From assembly GCF_000026545.1 (NCBI RefSeq), contig NC_011601.1: a stretch of DNA of 64,000 bases; one strand, given 5' to 3'. Every line of letters starts with the position of its first letter. Position 1 is the first letter of the stretch. A program made the translations under genes and the position numbers. This stretch comes from Escherichia coli O127:H6 str. E2348/69. GTDB taxonomy: Bacteria; Pseudomonadota; Gammaproteobacteria; Enterobacterales; Enterobacteriaceae. Shown one piece after another: positions 48,663 to 58,091 of this stretch. Below the pieces are notes generated by a model. It worked only from the letters and a program-made list of their open reading frames with translations. It was not told the DNA's origin and did not search any database.

Positions 48663-48839
48663 ATGGATATGACCATGCAGGAATTACGGGCTACTCTAAA
48701 CCTATCCCCCAACTATCCTGAAGAAAACCACTTTCTAGATGATAATCTAACGGAAGAACTCGATAATGAGGAAATTCGACAACATCTGGGAATAGATTCG
48801 GATTGGATGGATGCAGTGGACACTAGCCAGATAATTTGA
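48663..48839 (+). CDS. Small highly acidic ORF (58 aa), not in ORF track
   Basis: Manual translation MDMTMQELRATLNLSPNYPEENHFLDDNLTEELDNEEIRQHLGIDSDWMDAVDTSQII; GGAG upstream. Confidence 0.25.
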   Translation: MDMTMQELRATLNLSPNYPEENHFLDDNLTEELDNEEIRQHLGIDSDWMDAVDTSQII

Positions 48840-49020
48840 ATCCTAACTAACAAAAACGCTGTCTGCCCTCTGTAGATTGGCGCTCTGTAGTGTTTGTCTT
48901 GCTTGCTTTTGACACCAAGTCGCCTGTAACTATGATCACGGGCAGGCATGAGCAAACAGATAACATAAAAGTCTATTATGGGAAGTGATTCAAGAAATCA
49001 TGGTAATTCATAGATAACTA

Positions 49021-49059
49021 AAATAGAATAATAGCCCAAATCAAACTTGATGAGGGCTA
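49021..49059 (-). terminator. Possible terminator downstream of the two-gene cassette
   Basis: TAGCCC/GGGCTA stem (16-nt loop) with T-rich minus-strand tail. Confidence 0.3.
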
Positions 49060-49064
49060 TATTT

Positions 49065-49724
49065 TTAGTAATTGAATGATGTGCCATTCCCGTTAGTTAG
49101 ACTTTTTATGCTTTTTCTGAGGAATGGGTGTGTCATAAAACCGTTGACTCTCACACCGTAGACTGATAGAAAATTTTGGCATATAGGTATCAATTTTTTG
49201 CTATCATCCTTTGATGATTTTAAATCAATAAGTGTTGATATGTCTTGGTGTGTTATTAATTCTGTTGAAAACTTAAGCGCCAAGCTTTCTTTTGCGAAAA
49301 TTGGCGCTCGCATTTCTGCACTGAGTGATATAAGAATTGTCCTTACGCACCATGATATCCTTTTATTCATTAAGAATTTGTTTTGAATGTTATTGTTTTC
49401 AGCACATATAAAATGCAATAATTTTGTTGCAGTATCAATATCATCTGAATAATTTTCTTTGTATTTAAATGATGATGATATGCTTTCAAATAGCTCCTCG
49501 TTAAATATTGGCAAGCCCTCTTCCTTCAAGTGCAAGGCAAATAAACTCCCACCTTCCATTATTTTCTTCGCCAATGCAACAGGATACATTGCTATATTTA
49601 ACTTTCCTTTCACAATCATTTTGTAATGTAGGCCATCGTATATAGCAAACATATCCACATCAGATGCCTCAGTTTGATCTCCACGAGCAGTGCTTCCATA
49701 AATAACCAAAGATTTAATATCCAT
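49065..49724 (-). CDS. Minimal nucleotidyltransferase (pol-beta superfamily) with C-terminal helical domain (219 aa)
   Basis: GS-x10-DVD motif (LVIYGSTARGDQTEASDVDMFAIY); start 1 nt after upstream stop; ~30% GC. Confidence 0.6.
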   Translation of the reverse strand: MDIKSLVIYGSTARGDQTEASDVDMFAIYDGLHYKMIVKGKLNIAMYPVALAKKIMEGGSLFALHLKEEGLPIFNEELFESISSSFKYKENYSDDIDTATKLLHFICAENNNIQNKFLMNKRISWCVRTILISLSAEMRAPIFAKESLALKFSTELITHQDISTLIDLKSSKDDSKKLIPICQNFLSVYGVRVNGFMTHPFLRKSIKSLTNGNGTSFNY

Positions 49725-49725
49725 G

Positions 49726-50847
49726 CTAAGACCTTGATGTACATATTTTATTTATTAAAGTTGGTATTAATATACCATACCACCATACACCAATCATCAT
49801 GTTAATCAGGTGTATTGTTTCATCTAGCTGCCCAATACCACTGGTCGTGCGCTCTGTTGAATACTTCGTGTAACCTGTAAGAAGAGTTATATCAACTGCC
49901 TTCATGAATGCCCCAATAACATCACCGGATGATGTTATTGCATAGATAATCGTAAATACAATCATGATAAATAAACCAACAAATATACATCTGAATAAAC
50001 TCCCTCCCCAACCATTAATGAGACCTGATGTATTTATTATAAAATTCTCAATCACTGATTTTAACAGCAGTATGCTGTACCATAGCTTTTTTGTTACTTT
50101 TGAATTACTACGCTCGAAGAGTAGAGATTTCTGCTTAGATTTTTGTTTGCATTTGAAGTGAACCTCTACCGCCTGATAATACACTTCATCATCCGGAATT
50201 GTAGATAATGAATTAAGCAATATCTTAGAGCACTTTGTTTTAGTTCCATAGGACCTGTATTTTTGGTACTCAGGTGTTGTACCTTCTTTCTCACAAATAT
50301 CTTTATCTTGATTTACAAATAGCGCACCAATAAATTTACTTGGCTCGATATATGTATTATTTAACTTTGTTTCATTACCGGAATAAGATATATCCTTATA
50401 TGTACAATTATTAAACTGACAGTTTTCAAATGATGCCATTGAAAAACTGCATTCGATAAAGGTACAATCTACAAATTTAATATTTTTGAAATTTGCATAA
50501 CCAAAGCAAACCTTCCTGAACTCACAACTCTTAAATGTTATTCTTATTCCTTTGTTGTCACCATATATATCACACTCTGTAAATACATATCCTGAAAAGA
50601 ATTTATTTTTAAAATTTTCAGGTTTATGTTTCTTTGATAAAATCAATTTTCCTTCATAGTCTTTAGGAGTAGCTATATGCTCAGGAATAGTTAAGTCTAT
50701 CGCTACCTTTCGAGGTCCAGAGTTGTTTTTCCCGTTAATATTTAGGTCGTCAAGTCCCCATTTGATGAACTCTTCCAGATTAATGTTAGGATCATATGTC
50801 GCATCCCAATAATTTTTTATCCGATGCTGCCTGATGCTGTTGGCCAT
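49726..50847 (-). CDS. Pentapeptide-repeat protein with C-terminal two-TM, ion-channel-like domain (373 aa)
   Basis: Central tandem pentapeptide repeats; C-terminal hydrophobic helices FRCIFVGLFIMIVFTIIYAI and MMIGVWWYGILIPTLI flanking LLTGYTKY; AT-rich. Confidence 0.6.
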   Translation of the reverse strand: MANSIRQHRIKNYWDATYDPNINLEEFIKWGLDDLNINGKNNSGPRKVAIDLTIPEHIATPKDYEGKLILSKKHKPENFKNKFFSGYVFTECDIYGDNKGIRITFKSCEFRKVCFGYANFKNIKFVDCTFIECSFSMASFENCQFNNCTYKDISYSGNETKLNNTYIEPSKFIGALFVNQDKDICEKEGTTPEYQKYRSYGTKTKCSKILLNSLSTIPDDEVYYQAVEVHFKCKQKSKQKSLLFERSNSKVTKKLWYSILLLKSVIENFIINTSGLINGWGGSLFRCIFVGLFIMIVFTIIYAITSSGDVIGAFMKAVDITLLTGYTKYSTERTTSGIGQLDETIHLINMMIGVWWYGILIPTLINKICTSRS

Positions 50848-51659
50848 TTTTTAACCCACACAATTCTTTTGTTATGTATTTCAGGCTTTGTTAACGTTTC
50901 AGCCAGAATGCTGCACTGTCTGTATATACAAAAAACTGAGTATTGGTGCTATCGTCACCGGTAACTGGAACTTTTACACGGGAGCATCAACCAAATTCGT
51001 TCTTTCATTGTATCCGCGTTATACGTGCATTCAAGCTACAAGATGATGAAAAACGCCTGTGTCTATTCTAGCAAGTGAACCGTCGTGAGTTCAACAGACA
51101 CAAGGGGCTACCCTTCAACAGATCCTGCTCTATGGTTGGGGGCCCCCCTTCGCGTTATGCGTTCTACGTTCATAAATGTTCGCTATTGGCACATGTCGGG
51201 TGAAATACTTGACCAAAAACTAAAGTACACGTGCCTAAGCAAAATCTGAAACTGAGAGACTGGCTAGTCAGAGTCGAATTTTACGCAAGGACTCGGTTCA
51301 ACTCTTTGTTTGGCAGTCTCTGCTCCCAAAAATGGTTTCATGCATATGATAAACCTTTTAGATTAGATTGAGCTCAGGTCAACAATAGTGTCAGATCGAG
51401 CACAAATCAGCACTAATGATGCTACACATCGTTTAGCACATCCAATTTTAGCCACCTAAAATGCGTTCTAATGCGGATATATGTCTACCTGCAATTCTTT
51501 CACCACTTCACACCGAAAACCTCAAATATCGGCTCCTATTACGTTTTTTCTCTGGCTGGGATTTTTACACGTCGAGAATAGGGAAAACATCCCAAAAAAC
51601 GCTTACAGTATTGACGTTACGTTGCAGGTATTCTGGCTTTCAGCATTACAACGCCAATA

Positions 51660-51910
51660 TATATTATTGTTTTTAATATTGTTTTTATTTATCGTTATAA
51701 GATTGATTGTTTTTTATACATCAATTTTTCTATAAGAGTGAATCCTAAATATTGATATTTCTATGGGGTTGCCCTTCATCAAAATTGCGTTTTTTTCTAA
51801 GACTTTTGCTTTTTCATTGAGCTACGCGGATACGCCGCCTCTGGCGGCTTTCTCCCGCGACAGGTCACAATCGTCGAATGCGAGTCGCCGCCTTTGGCGG
51901 CTTTCTCGCT
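51660..51910. repeat. Origin-like region: AT-rich iterons plus duplicated hairpin next to rep
   Basis: TTGTTTTTA three times (51668-51713); CGCCGCCTCTGGCGGCTTTCTC (51832-51853) and CGCCGCCTTTGGCGGCTTTCTC (51884-51905), each a GCCGCC/GGCGGC hairpin. Confidence 0.4.
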
Positions 51911-51991
51911 ACTGACGTTTGAGGAGATTATGTTGTGGTTTAATGACTATTTTTGATTAAAAAAACCACAAATGGTCGCAAAACTCTACTA

Positions 51992-52990
51992 CTAATAGTA
52001 ACTGCGCATCCTTCTTTCTCTGGATATGTTCAAGCGCGCTTTTCTCAGCACCAGCAACAGCGGCTTACTTCTTAACAATTCACAAAGCGTTATCGCCTTC
52101 GGTGAGTACTGTCTGGCTTGCAGCGCCTCTCTACGCTCTACCTCTGCGGCTTTTCTGAGGGCTAGCGTTTGTAAGTTGTAGTATGTTTTATCGCTACATG
52201 TAACGATGATTGGTTTCACATGTGATCGTTCGGGTGAGTCAGCCAGTGTTCGCTGTATCCTGCGGCGCTGCGCTGGTCTTTTTGCTTTTGACGCTTCAAG
52301 TTTCAACTGCGTACGCCGTACTTCAAAGTATCCCGCTGCTTCTGGGGTTATGATCTGCGATGCGTGCGTTGCCCAATTACTGGATGACGCCCATACGGAC
52401 ACTGATAACCAGTCGTACGGGCTTTTTTCTGCTCTGGCATTAAACTCCTTAAGTTTAGTTTTACCTTTTGTAAGGTACGATAGGACTTCAAAACTGTAAA
52501 CGAATCTAACATCTTGATTTTTAATTAAATTATTGCGACCCTCATATGGCTGGCGCTTTACCCACGCAACCAGCAGGTCTCTCGCTATGCTCTCATCTGG
52601 AACTTTCACAATCATGTGTAAATGTAGGGTATCCTGAAACGCCGCCCACTCAACACAATATATCCACGGAATACTGCGTCTCGTAAGCGAGCGTGTGAAT
52701 GTGGTTATCGCCGTTTTCAAAGTCTCCGGCGTGATGCACTGTGCTGGGCGTAAGGTCAGCAAATATACGTTTCCACCTTGTGTAGCATCCAGATCGATAG
52801 AGAGTAGACGTCTTTTGAAGGCTCTAAGCCTGTCAATCGAAAAAGCCACTTTGCGCTTTCTGATGTGGCTGTTTGGGCTTGTTTTCTTTCTTTGCTTGTT
52901 TTGGTTGCGTGGTTTCATGTAAGCGTCAACAAATGCACCACGCTTGCGCACGATGTATTGTTCAGCGCGATCCCCGTGATATAATTTCAT
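51992..52990 (-). CDS. Rolling-circle-type (HUH) replication initiator (332 aa)
   Basis: HUH-like motif TLHLHMIVKV and downstream Tyr motif VLSYLTKGKTK; basic C-terminus. Confidence 0.5.
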   Translation of the reverse strand: MKLYHGDRAEQYIVRKRGAFVDAYMKPRNQNKQRKKTSPNSHIRKRKVAFSIDRLRAFKRRLLSIDLDATQGGNVYLLTLRPAQCITPETLKTAITTFTRSLTRRSIPWIYCVEWAAFQDTLHLHMIVKVPDESIARDLLVAWVKRQPYEGRNNLIKNQDVRFVYSFEVLSYLTKGKTKLKEFNARAEKSPYDWLSVSVWASSSNWATHASQIITPEAAGYFEVRRTQLKLEASKAKRPAQRRRIQRTLADSPERSHVKPIIVTCSDKTYYNLQTLALRKAAEVERREALQARQYSPKAITLCELLRSKPLLLVLRKARLNISRERRMRSYY

Positions 52991-53042
52991 TGCGAATATG
53001 TTCCTAAAATTACCCGCCTGGCAGGGCGGGTTTTTTTATGTC

Positions 53043-53432
53043 TTACAGGTACTTTTCCCCAATTGCTTGCGTTATCTCTGAGAACGACGATTCAGACACG
53101 TCCCCTCTGATCCCCCTAAGTATTCGTAACGCAGACTCAACCTTGCGTAATATCTTCGTGTATCTTGCATTGGTGCGCCATATACAAAGCATTCCCGCTT
53201 TGTCGAGTCGGTATTTTACCAAATCCCTTTCAGGAATGTGATATGCACCATCCATGCGCTGTTCGACGGGGATACCCCAGTCATTACGTAACAGAGTTAA
53301 AACACGGCTGCGCTCATGTCCACCAGCAGAAGATAAGTACCTGTCAAATTGGGTTGGGGTGAGGCTATGACCATCTAACAGAATATCGCGGATCTGTGCG
53401 GTAGCTTGGTTTCGTGTCAATGCTTTCATCAT
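53043..53432 (-). CDS. Hypothetical protein (130 aa from ATG at 53432)
   Basis: Track ORF (231 aa) trimmed because its N-terminal third overlaps the AlpA-like gene in another frame. Confidence 0.4.
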   Translation of the reverse strand: MMKALTRNQATAQIRDILLDGHSLTPTQFDRYLSSAGGHERSRVLTLLRNDWGIPVEQRMDGAYHIPERDLVKYRLDKAGMLCIWRTNARYTKILRKVESALRILRGIRGDVSESSFSEITQAIGEKYL

Positions 53433-53439
53433 TTGCCCC

Positions 53440-53622
53440 TTACAGAAACCGGGCTGCGAATTGGTCGAGATCTGCAACCAACCATACTCTGCGCTTTCTG
53501 CCGTTGATAGACTGGACGGTGCAAGTCGGAAAAGCTGGAATGTAACGCTTATATTGGTAAAAGCGTGATAGACAAACGCCAAGATATTGCGCGGATTCTC
53601 GCGCGGTAAGGTAATTTTCCAT
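53440..53622 (-). CDS. Small AlpA/Xis-like HTH protein (60 aa)
   Basis: LTARESAQYLGVCLSRFYQYKR HTH-like segment; sits between int and rep. Confidence 0.45.
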   Translation of the reverse strand: MENYLTARESAQYLGVCLSRFYQYKRYIPAFPTCTVQSINGRKRRVWLVADLDQFAARFL

Positions 53623-53824
53623 AATAACGATCCATGTTTATGTTTTGTCCACATTATGGGGCATCCTGCCCCATAAATACTGTACATAATTTTTTCAATT
53701 ATCCCAAGTCTACAACCAAAAAATCTCCCGCGTAGCAATCCCTATAGTTCGCCCTTGTTCTGTTTCAATTTCATATACGCTAGCTCCACACAAGCTGTAT
53801 CGCCACCATAATTTCGATCTCCGG

Positions 53825-55087
53825 CTAATTACAGTTACTATATTTTTTCATGGGGACGACGTTGTAATCTTCACCACTTTCCAGCGTAACCAGCAGTTCA
53901 GCCCACTGCTCCAATGCAGCTTTTCTCTCTTCAAAATAGTGGTGGCGATTATAAATACCTTCAACACCGGGTATTTTATGATTAAGACATCTTTCAGCTA
54001 TTACAGGATCAATCCCCAATGCTGCCATCTGGGTACGCATCGTACGTCGTAAGTCATGAATGCTAAATGGCTCAACATCAGGCATCTCTTTTAATACTGA
54101 AGGCAAAACCATATTCAGCGTACTGCGACTAACGTGCGATGTAGTCCTCCCCCTCCTTGCCGGAATTAACCAGCGGCTATTACCAGCAAACAGACGGATT
54201 TCCTTGATCCATTCGATAACAGGATCAGCTAGCGGGATGTCTATCTCCTCACCATTTTTTGCTCGATCAGCAGGAAAATGCCAAACTTTTTCATCAAGAT
54301 TAAACTCCGACCACTCGGCAGCGCATAATTCCATCTTGCGAACCCCTAGCGCGAGAATGATTTTAAACGTTAACTCATTCTCTCTGCTAATACCCCGCCC
54401 CTTACGCAGAGCTTTAAAAAACATTACTAGCTCCTCACGCGTGAGTGCTCGCTTACGCCCTTGCTCTTTCCCGCCTGCATCTTTTGAACTAAATGAAATC
54501 GCGGGGTTTACTTCAATCATCCCGCGTACAACAGCATAATCAAAAAGGCGCTTAAGCATTCTTAGCACGTCATTCGCAACGGTAGGAGAACCGCGCTCTA
54601 ATACATTCTGCAAAACATAGTCGATATGTTTCGGGCGTACATCCTCAATTTTCATTTTGCCGATAGATGCGACAATGTTTTTTTGTAAGCTACTGCGAAA
54701 TAACTCCGGATGCTTGTAAGTGGGTTCTATCTGCCGCGAGTAATACTCAGCGGCTAAATCTGATACTCGTTTTGCGTTCTTTTGCGCTTCAATCTTTTCC
54801 AATGCTTCAGCTTTTCGCTTCTGTTTCTCTCCTGCTACGTCATAACCAAGAGAAACACGGGCTGCCAGTTCTCTGGCGACCTCTCTTGCTTTTGCAAGAG
54901 AGAAATCAGTATACGAACCAATCAGCACAACTCGCGATTTTCCGCCTAACTTGTAACGAAAGCGCCAGTTAGGGAGTTTGTCACTTTTCCTAAATCGAAG
55001 ATAAAGCCCGTTTCCGTCTGCCTTACCTTCGAATCTCTCATCGGATTTAATCCAAGCTTTGATTTGTAGGTCAGTTAATTTTGCCAT
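53825..55087 (-). CDS. int: Tyrosine integrase (P4-type)
   Basis: MAKLTDLQIKAWIKSDERFEGKADGNGLYLRFRKSDKLPNWRFRYK arm-binding N-terminus; HDLRRT...Y catalytic region; ATG at 55087 with GGTG RBS. Confidence 0.8.
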   Translation of the reverse strand: MAKLTDLQIKAWIKSDERFEGKADGNGLYLRFRKSDKLPNWRFRYKLGGKSRVVLIGSYTDFSLAKAREVARELAARVSLGYDVAGEKQKRKAEALEKIEAQKNAKRVSDLAAEYYSRQIEPTYKHPELFRSSLQKNIVASIGKMKIEDVRPKHIDYVLQNVLERGSPTVANDVLRMLKRLFDYAVVRGMIEVNPAISFSSKDAGGKEQGRKRALTREELVMFFKALRKGRGISRENELTFKIILALGVRKMELCAAEWSEFNLDEKVWHFPADRAKNGEEIDIPLADPVIEWIKEIRLFAGNSRWLIPARRGRTTSHVSRSTLNMVLPSVLKEMPDVEPFSIHDLRRTMRTQMAALGIDPVIAERCLNHKIPGVEGIYNRHHYFEERKAALEQWAELLVTLESGEDYNVVPMKKYSNCN

Positions 55088-55111
55088 TACGAACACCTGA
55101 ATACGTTACAT

Positions 55112-55206
55112 CGGGTACGCAAAGCCATCGTCACCGTGTACCCAATTTCTAACACCGTGTACCCAAACCGCAAGAACCTCTCTTTGGGTACACTTTTGTG
55201 TACACA
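55112..55206. promoter_or_regulatory. Cluster of GTAC-core direct and inverted repeats upstream of int
   Basis: CACCGTGTACCCAA twice (55132-55145, 55153-55166, 21-bp period); TGGGTACACttTTGTGTACACA (55185-55206), also found at 47924-47945. Confidence 0.4.
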
Positions 55207-55245
55207 ATATCTTGCATCTTTATGAACTGTTATGACAACTAGTGA

Positions 55246-55272
55246 TAATAAAAAAGCCCGCAATATGCGGGC
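55246..55272 (-). terminator. Rho-independent terminator of der
   Basis: GCCCGC-aatat-GCGGGC hairpin with minus-strand T-run. Confidence 0.5.
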
Positions 55273-55312
55273 TTATAAGGTTTTGTAGTGTTTAGTGAAT
55301 CGTGATGATTCG

Positions 55313-56785
55313 TTATTTGCTTTTCTTGATATGCTTCATCAAACGCTTACGCTTGCGCATCTGGGTTGGCGTCAGGGTATTACGCTTGTTCGCATACGGG
55401 TTTTCCCCTTCTTTGAACTGAATACGAATCGGCGATCCCATTACGTCCAGCGATTTGCGGAAGTAGTTCATCAGGTAACGCTTGTAGGAATCCGACAGGT
55501 CTTTCACCTGATTACCGTGAATCACCACAATCGGCGGGTTATAACCACCGGCGTGGGCATATTTCAGCTTCACACGACGACCGCGTACCAGCGGCGGTTG
55601 GTGATCTTCAACAGCCATCGTCATGATGCGCGTCAGCATAGAGGTCCCCACACGACGGGTGGAGCTGTCATACGCTTCACGTACTGATTCAAACAGGTTA
55701 CCAACACCACTGCCGTGCAAGGCAGAGATAAAGTGCACACGAGCAAAATCGATAAAACCCAGACGGAAGTCCAGCGTTTCTTTCACCTGCTCTTTCACTT
55801 CCTGGCTCAGGCCATCCCACTTATTCACCACAATGACAAGTGAGCGCCCACTATTGAGAATAAAGCCCAGCAGCGAGAGATCCTGATCGGAAATACCTTC
55901 GCGGGCGTCAATCACCAACATCACCACGTTGGCATCTTCAATGGCCTGCAACGTTTTGATTACCGAGAACTTCTCTACCGCATCGGTGATTTTGCCGCGT
56001 TTACGTACGCCAGCGGTGTCAATGAGCACATACTCACGTCCGTCGCGTTCCATTGGAATGTAGATACTGTCACGCGTCGTGCCAGGCATGTCGTAAACAA
56101 CAACGCGCTCTTCACCAAGAATACGGTTAGTGAGTGTAGACTTACCTACGTTCGGGCGACCCACAATCGCCAGTTTGATCGGCAGACTTTGCGGGTCGAA
56201 GTCGTCTTCCTCTTCTTCTTCGCCGTTCTCTTCCGCTTCAAATTGCGCCCAGTATTCGGCGTCTTCGTCGACTTCTTCTTGCGGTGCGAGATCTTCCATC
56301 CACGGCAGCAGCACGTGCTCCAGCAGACTTAATACGCCACGACCGTGAGACGCGGCGATCGGGTAGATTTCACCTAAACCAAGCGCGTAGAAATCAACCA
56401 CTGCCTGATCGGGATCCAGACCGTCAGTTTTGTTTGCCACCAGGAAGGTCGGTTTTTCACGGGAGCGCAGATGTTTGGCAATCGCTTCATCTGCCGGCAT
56501 AAGGCCCGCGCGCGCATCCACCATAAACAGTACGACGTCCGCTTCTTCAATCGCCAGCAGCGACTGTTCCGCCATGCGGGTTTCTACACCGTCTTCTGTG
56601 CCATCAATCCCGCCGGTATCAATGCAGATAAACTCACGGCCTTCAATTTCCGCACGACCGTACTTACGGTCACGAGTCAGACCCGGGAAATCCGCAACCA
56701 GCGCATCTCGGGTGCGAGTTAGACGGTTAAATAACGTGGATTTTCCTACGTTAGGGCGCCCGACAAGCGCGACCACAGGTACCAT
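55313..56785 (-). CDS. der: Ribosome-associated GTPase Der (EngA)
   Basis: Two GTPase domains (GRPNVGKST twice); 490 aa from [17 protein letters not shown]. Confidence 0.95.
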   Translation of the reverse strand: MVPVVALVGRPNVGKSTLFNRLTRTRDALVADFPGLTRDRKYGRAEIEGREFICIDTGGIDGTEDGVETRMAEQSLLAIEEADVVLFMVDARAGLMPADEAIAKHLRSREKPTFLVANKTDGLDPDQAVVDFYALGLGEIYPIAASHGRGVLSLLEHVLLPWMEDLAPQEEVDEDAEYWAQFEAEENGEEEEEDDFDPQSLPIKLAIVGRPNVGKSTLTNRILGEERVVVYDMPGTTRDSIYIPMERDGREYVLIDTAGVRKRGKITDAVEKFSVIKTLQAIEDANVVMLVIDAREGISDQDLSLLGFILNSGRSLVIVVNKWDGLSQEVKEQVKETLDFRLGFIDFARVHFISALHGSGVGNLFESVREAYDSSTRRVGTSMLTRIMTMAVEDHQPPLVRGRRVKLKYAHAGGYNPPIVVIHGNQVKDLSDSYKRYLMNYFRKSLDVMGSPIRIQFKEGENPYANKRNTLTPTQMRKRKRLMKHIKKSK

Positions 56786-56902
56786 GTTTAAAGCCTCATT
56801 TTTATAAATCATCAGACAACGCACGCTATATTCGTGTCGTTGTTAAAAACAGGAAAACGGCCCCTGTCCAGGAGCCGTTTTCAAAGTGAACGACAGAGAC
56901 GA

Positions 56903-58081
56903 TTAACGTGTAATAGAGTACACGGTTCCGTCTTTTGCCTGGATCAGCAGTTTGCCGTCAGCAGCAACCGGTTCAGTCTGGAAACCGGAACTATCAACTT
57001 TTTGCTGGGCAACGAAACGACCATCTTCGACGTTAATCCAGTGCAGATAACCTTCACTGTCACCTACCACCAGGTTGCCATTATACAGCACCGGAGAAGT
57101 CAGCAGGCGATGCAGCAGATCGCTTTGTGTCCACAGCGTAACGCCGCCATCAATGGTCAACGCCATCACCCGGTCATTTTGATCGACCAGATAGATGCGA
57201 TTGCCGTCGACGATGAAATCATTCACCGAACCCAGTTCGCGTTTCCACATAATCTGACCGCTGCGCAGATCAAGCGCCGTCAGGTTACCATTATAGGCCA
57301 GCGCGAAAACAACGCCGTTAACAACGACGGGAGTCGTGTCAACATCGCTCAGACGGTCAATTTCGGTAGAACCGGTCGCCTGGGAAATACGCTGCTGCCA
57401 AATCATCTGGCCCTGTTCCATCAGCACTGCGCTGACGCGACCATTATCGCCACCCACGACGGCCGCACCAAAAGCCGTTGCCGGCGCAGACTCGCCACGC
57501 AAAGAGAGCGAAGGCATATCGAGGTTAACTGTCCATTTGACAGCGCCGTCAGCTTCGTTCAGCGCTTGTAACTGACCGTTACTGGTGTGGATTAACACCA
57601 GACCGTCGCTGACCACCGGGCGCGAAAGTGCTTCACCCGCGACTTTAGTTTGCCATGCCACAGTACCATCGCTGGTATTCAGCGCGTAAACCTGCGCCTT
57701 TTCGGTGCCAATGTAGACATGCCCACCAGACACGGTCACGCCGCCAGAAAGTAATGCAGGATCTTTAGAGAACCAGCCATCTTTCTCGGCCAGGTTGACA
57801 GACCAGATTTCTTTGCCGTCATCCGCATTCAGCGCTTTTACTAAACCAGCGCGGTCCGCTGCATAGACAACGTTGTCCGCCAGTGCCGGATGAAGATTGG
57901 AATAGAAGTTGCCAATGCCGCTACCAACGGAAGTGCTCCACACAGTAGTCGGCGTAAACTGGTTTTCAACGGTTGGCAATGGGGACATCTTTACCACATC
58001 TTCTTCGCTGTTAAACAGCGAACAGCCGCTTAAAAGGGTAACGGAAAGCAGTCCTGGCAGCAGTAATTTACGCAATTGCAT
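56903..58081 (-). CDS. bamB: Outer-membrane protein assembly factor BamB
   Basis: Lipoprotein signal (LLSGCSL), 392 aa matching E. coli BamB. Confidence 0.95.
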   Translation of the reverse strand: MQLRKLLLPGLLSVTLLSGCSLFNSEEDVVKMSPLPTVENQFTPTTVWSTSVGSGIGNFYSNLHPALADNVVYAADRAGLVKALNADDGKEIWSVNLAEKDGWFSKDPALLSGGVTVSGGHVYIGTEKAQVYALNTSDGTVAWQTKVAGEALSRPVVSDGLVLIHTSNGQLQALNEADGAVKWTVNLDMPSLSLRGESAPATAFGAAVVGGDNGRVSAVLMEQGQMIWQQRISQATGSTEIDRLSDVDTTPVVVNGVVFALAYNGNLTALDLRSGQIMWKRELGSVNDFIVDGNRIYLVDQNDRVMALTIDGGVTLWTQSDLLHRLLTSPVLYNGNLVVGDSEGYLHWINVEDGRFVAQQKVDSSGFQTEPVAADGKLLIQAKDGTVYSITR

Positions 58082-58091
58082 CGGGTCCCTC

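Larger units (their letters stand above)
47917..55218. mobile_element. Compact integrative element resembling a phage satellite, inserted between the sinH islet and der
   Basis: P4-type integrase, two AlpA-like genes, HUH Rep with adjacent iterons/hairpins, AT-rich cargo; bracketed by imperfect 22-bp direct repeats (47924-47945 and 55185-55206, 20/22 identical). Confidence 0.55.

Noticed and set aside
53433-53738. N-terminal third of the 231-aa track ORF
   Set aside because: Overlaps the better-supported AlpA-like gene (53440..53622) in another frame; ORF trimmed to start at ATG 53432
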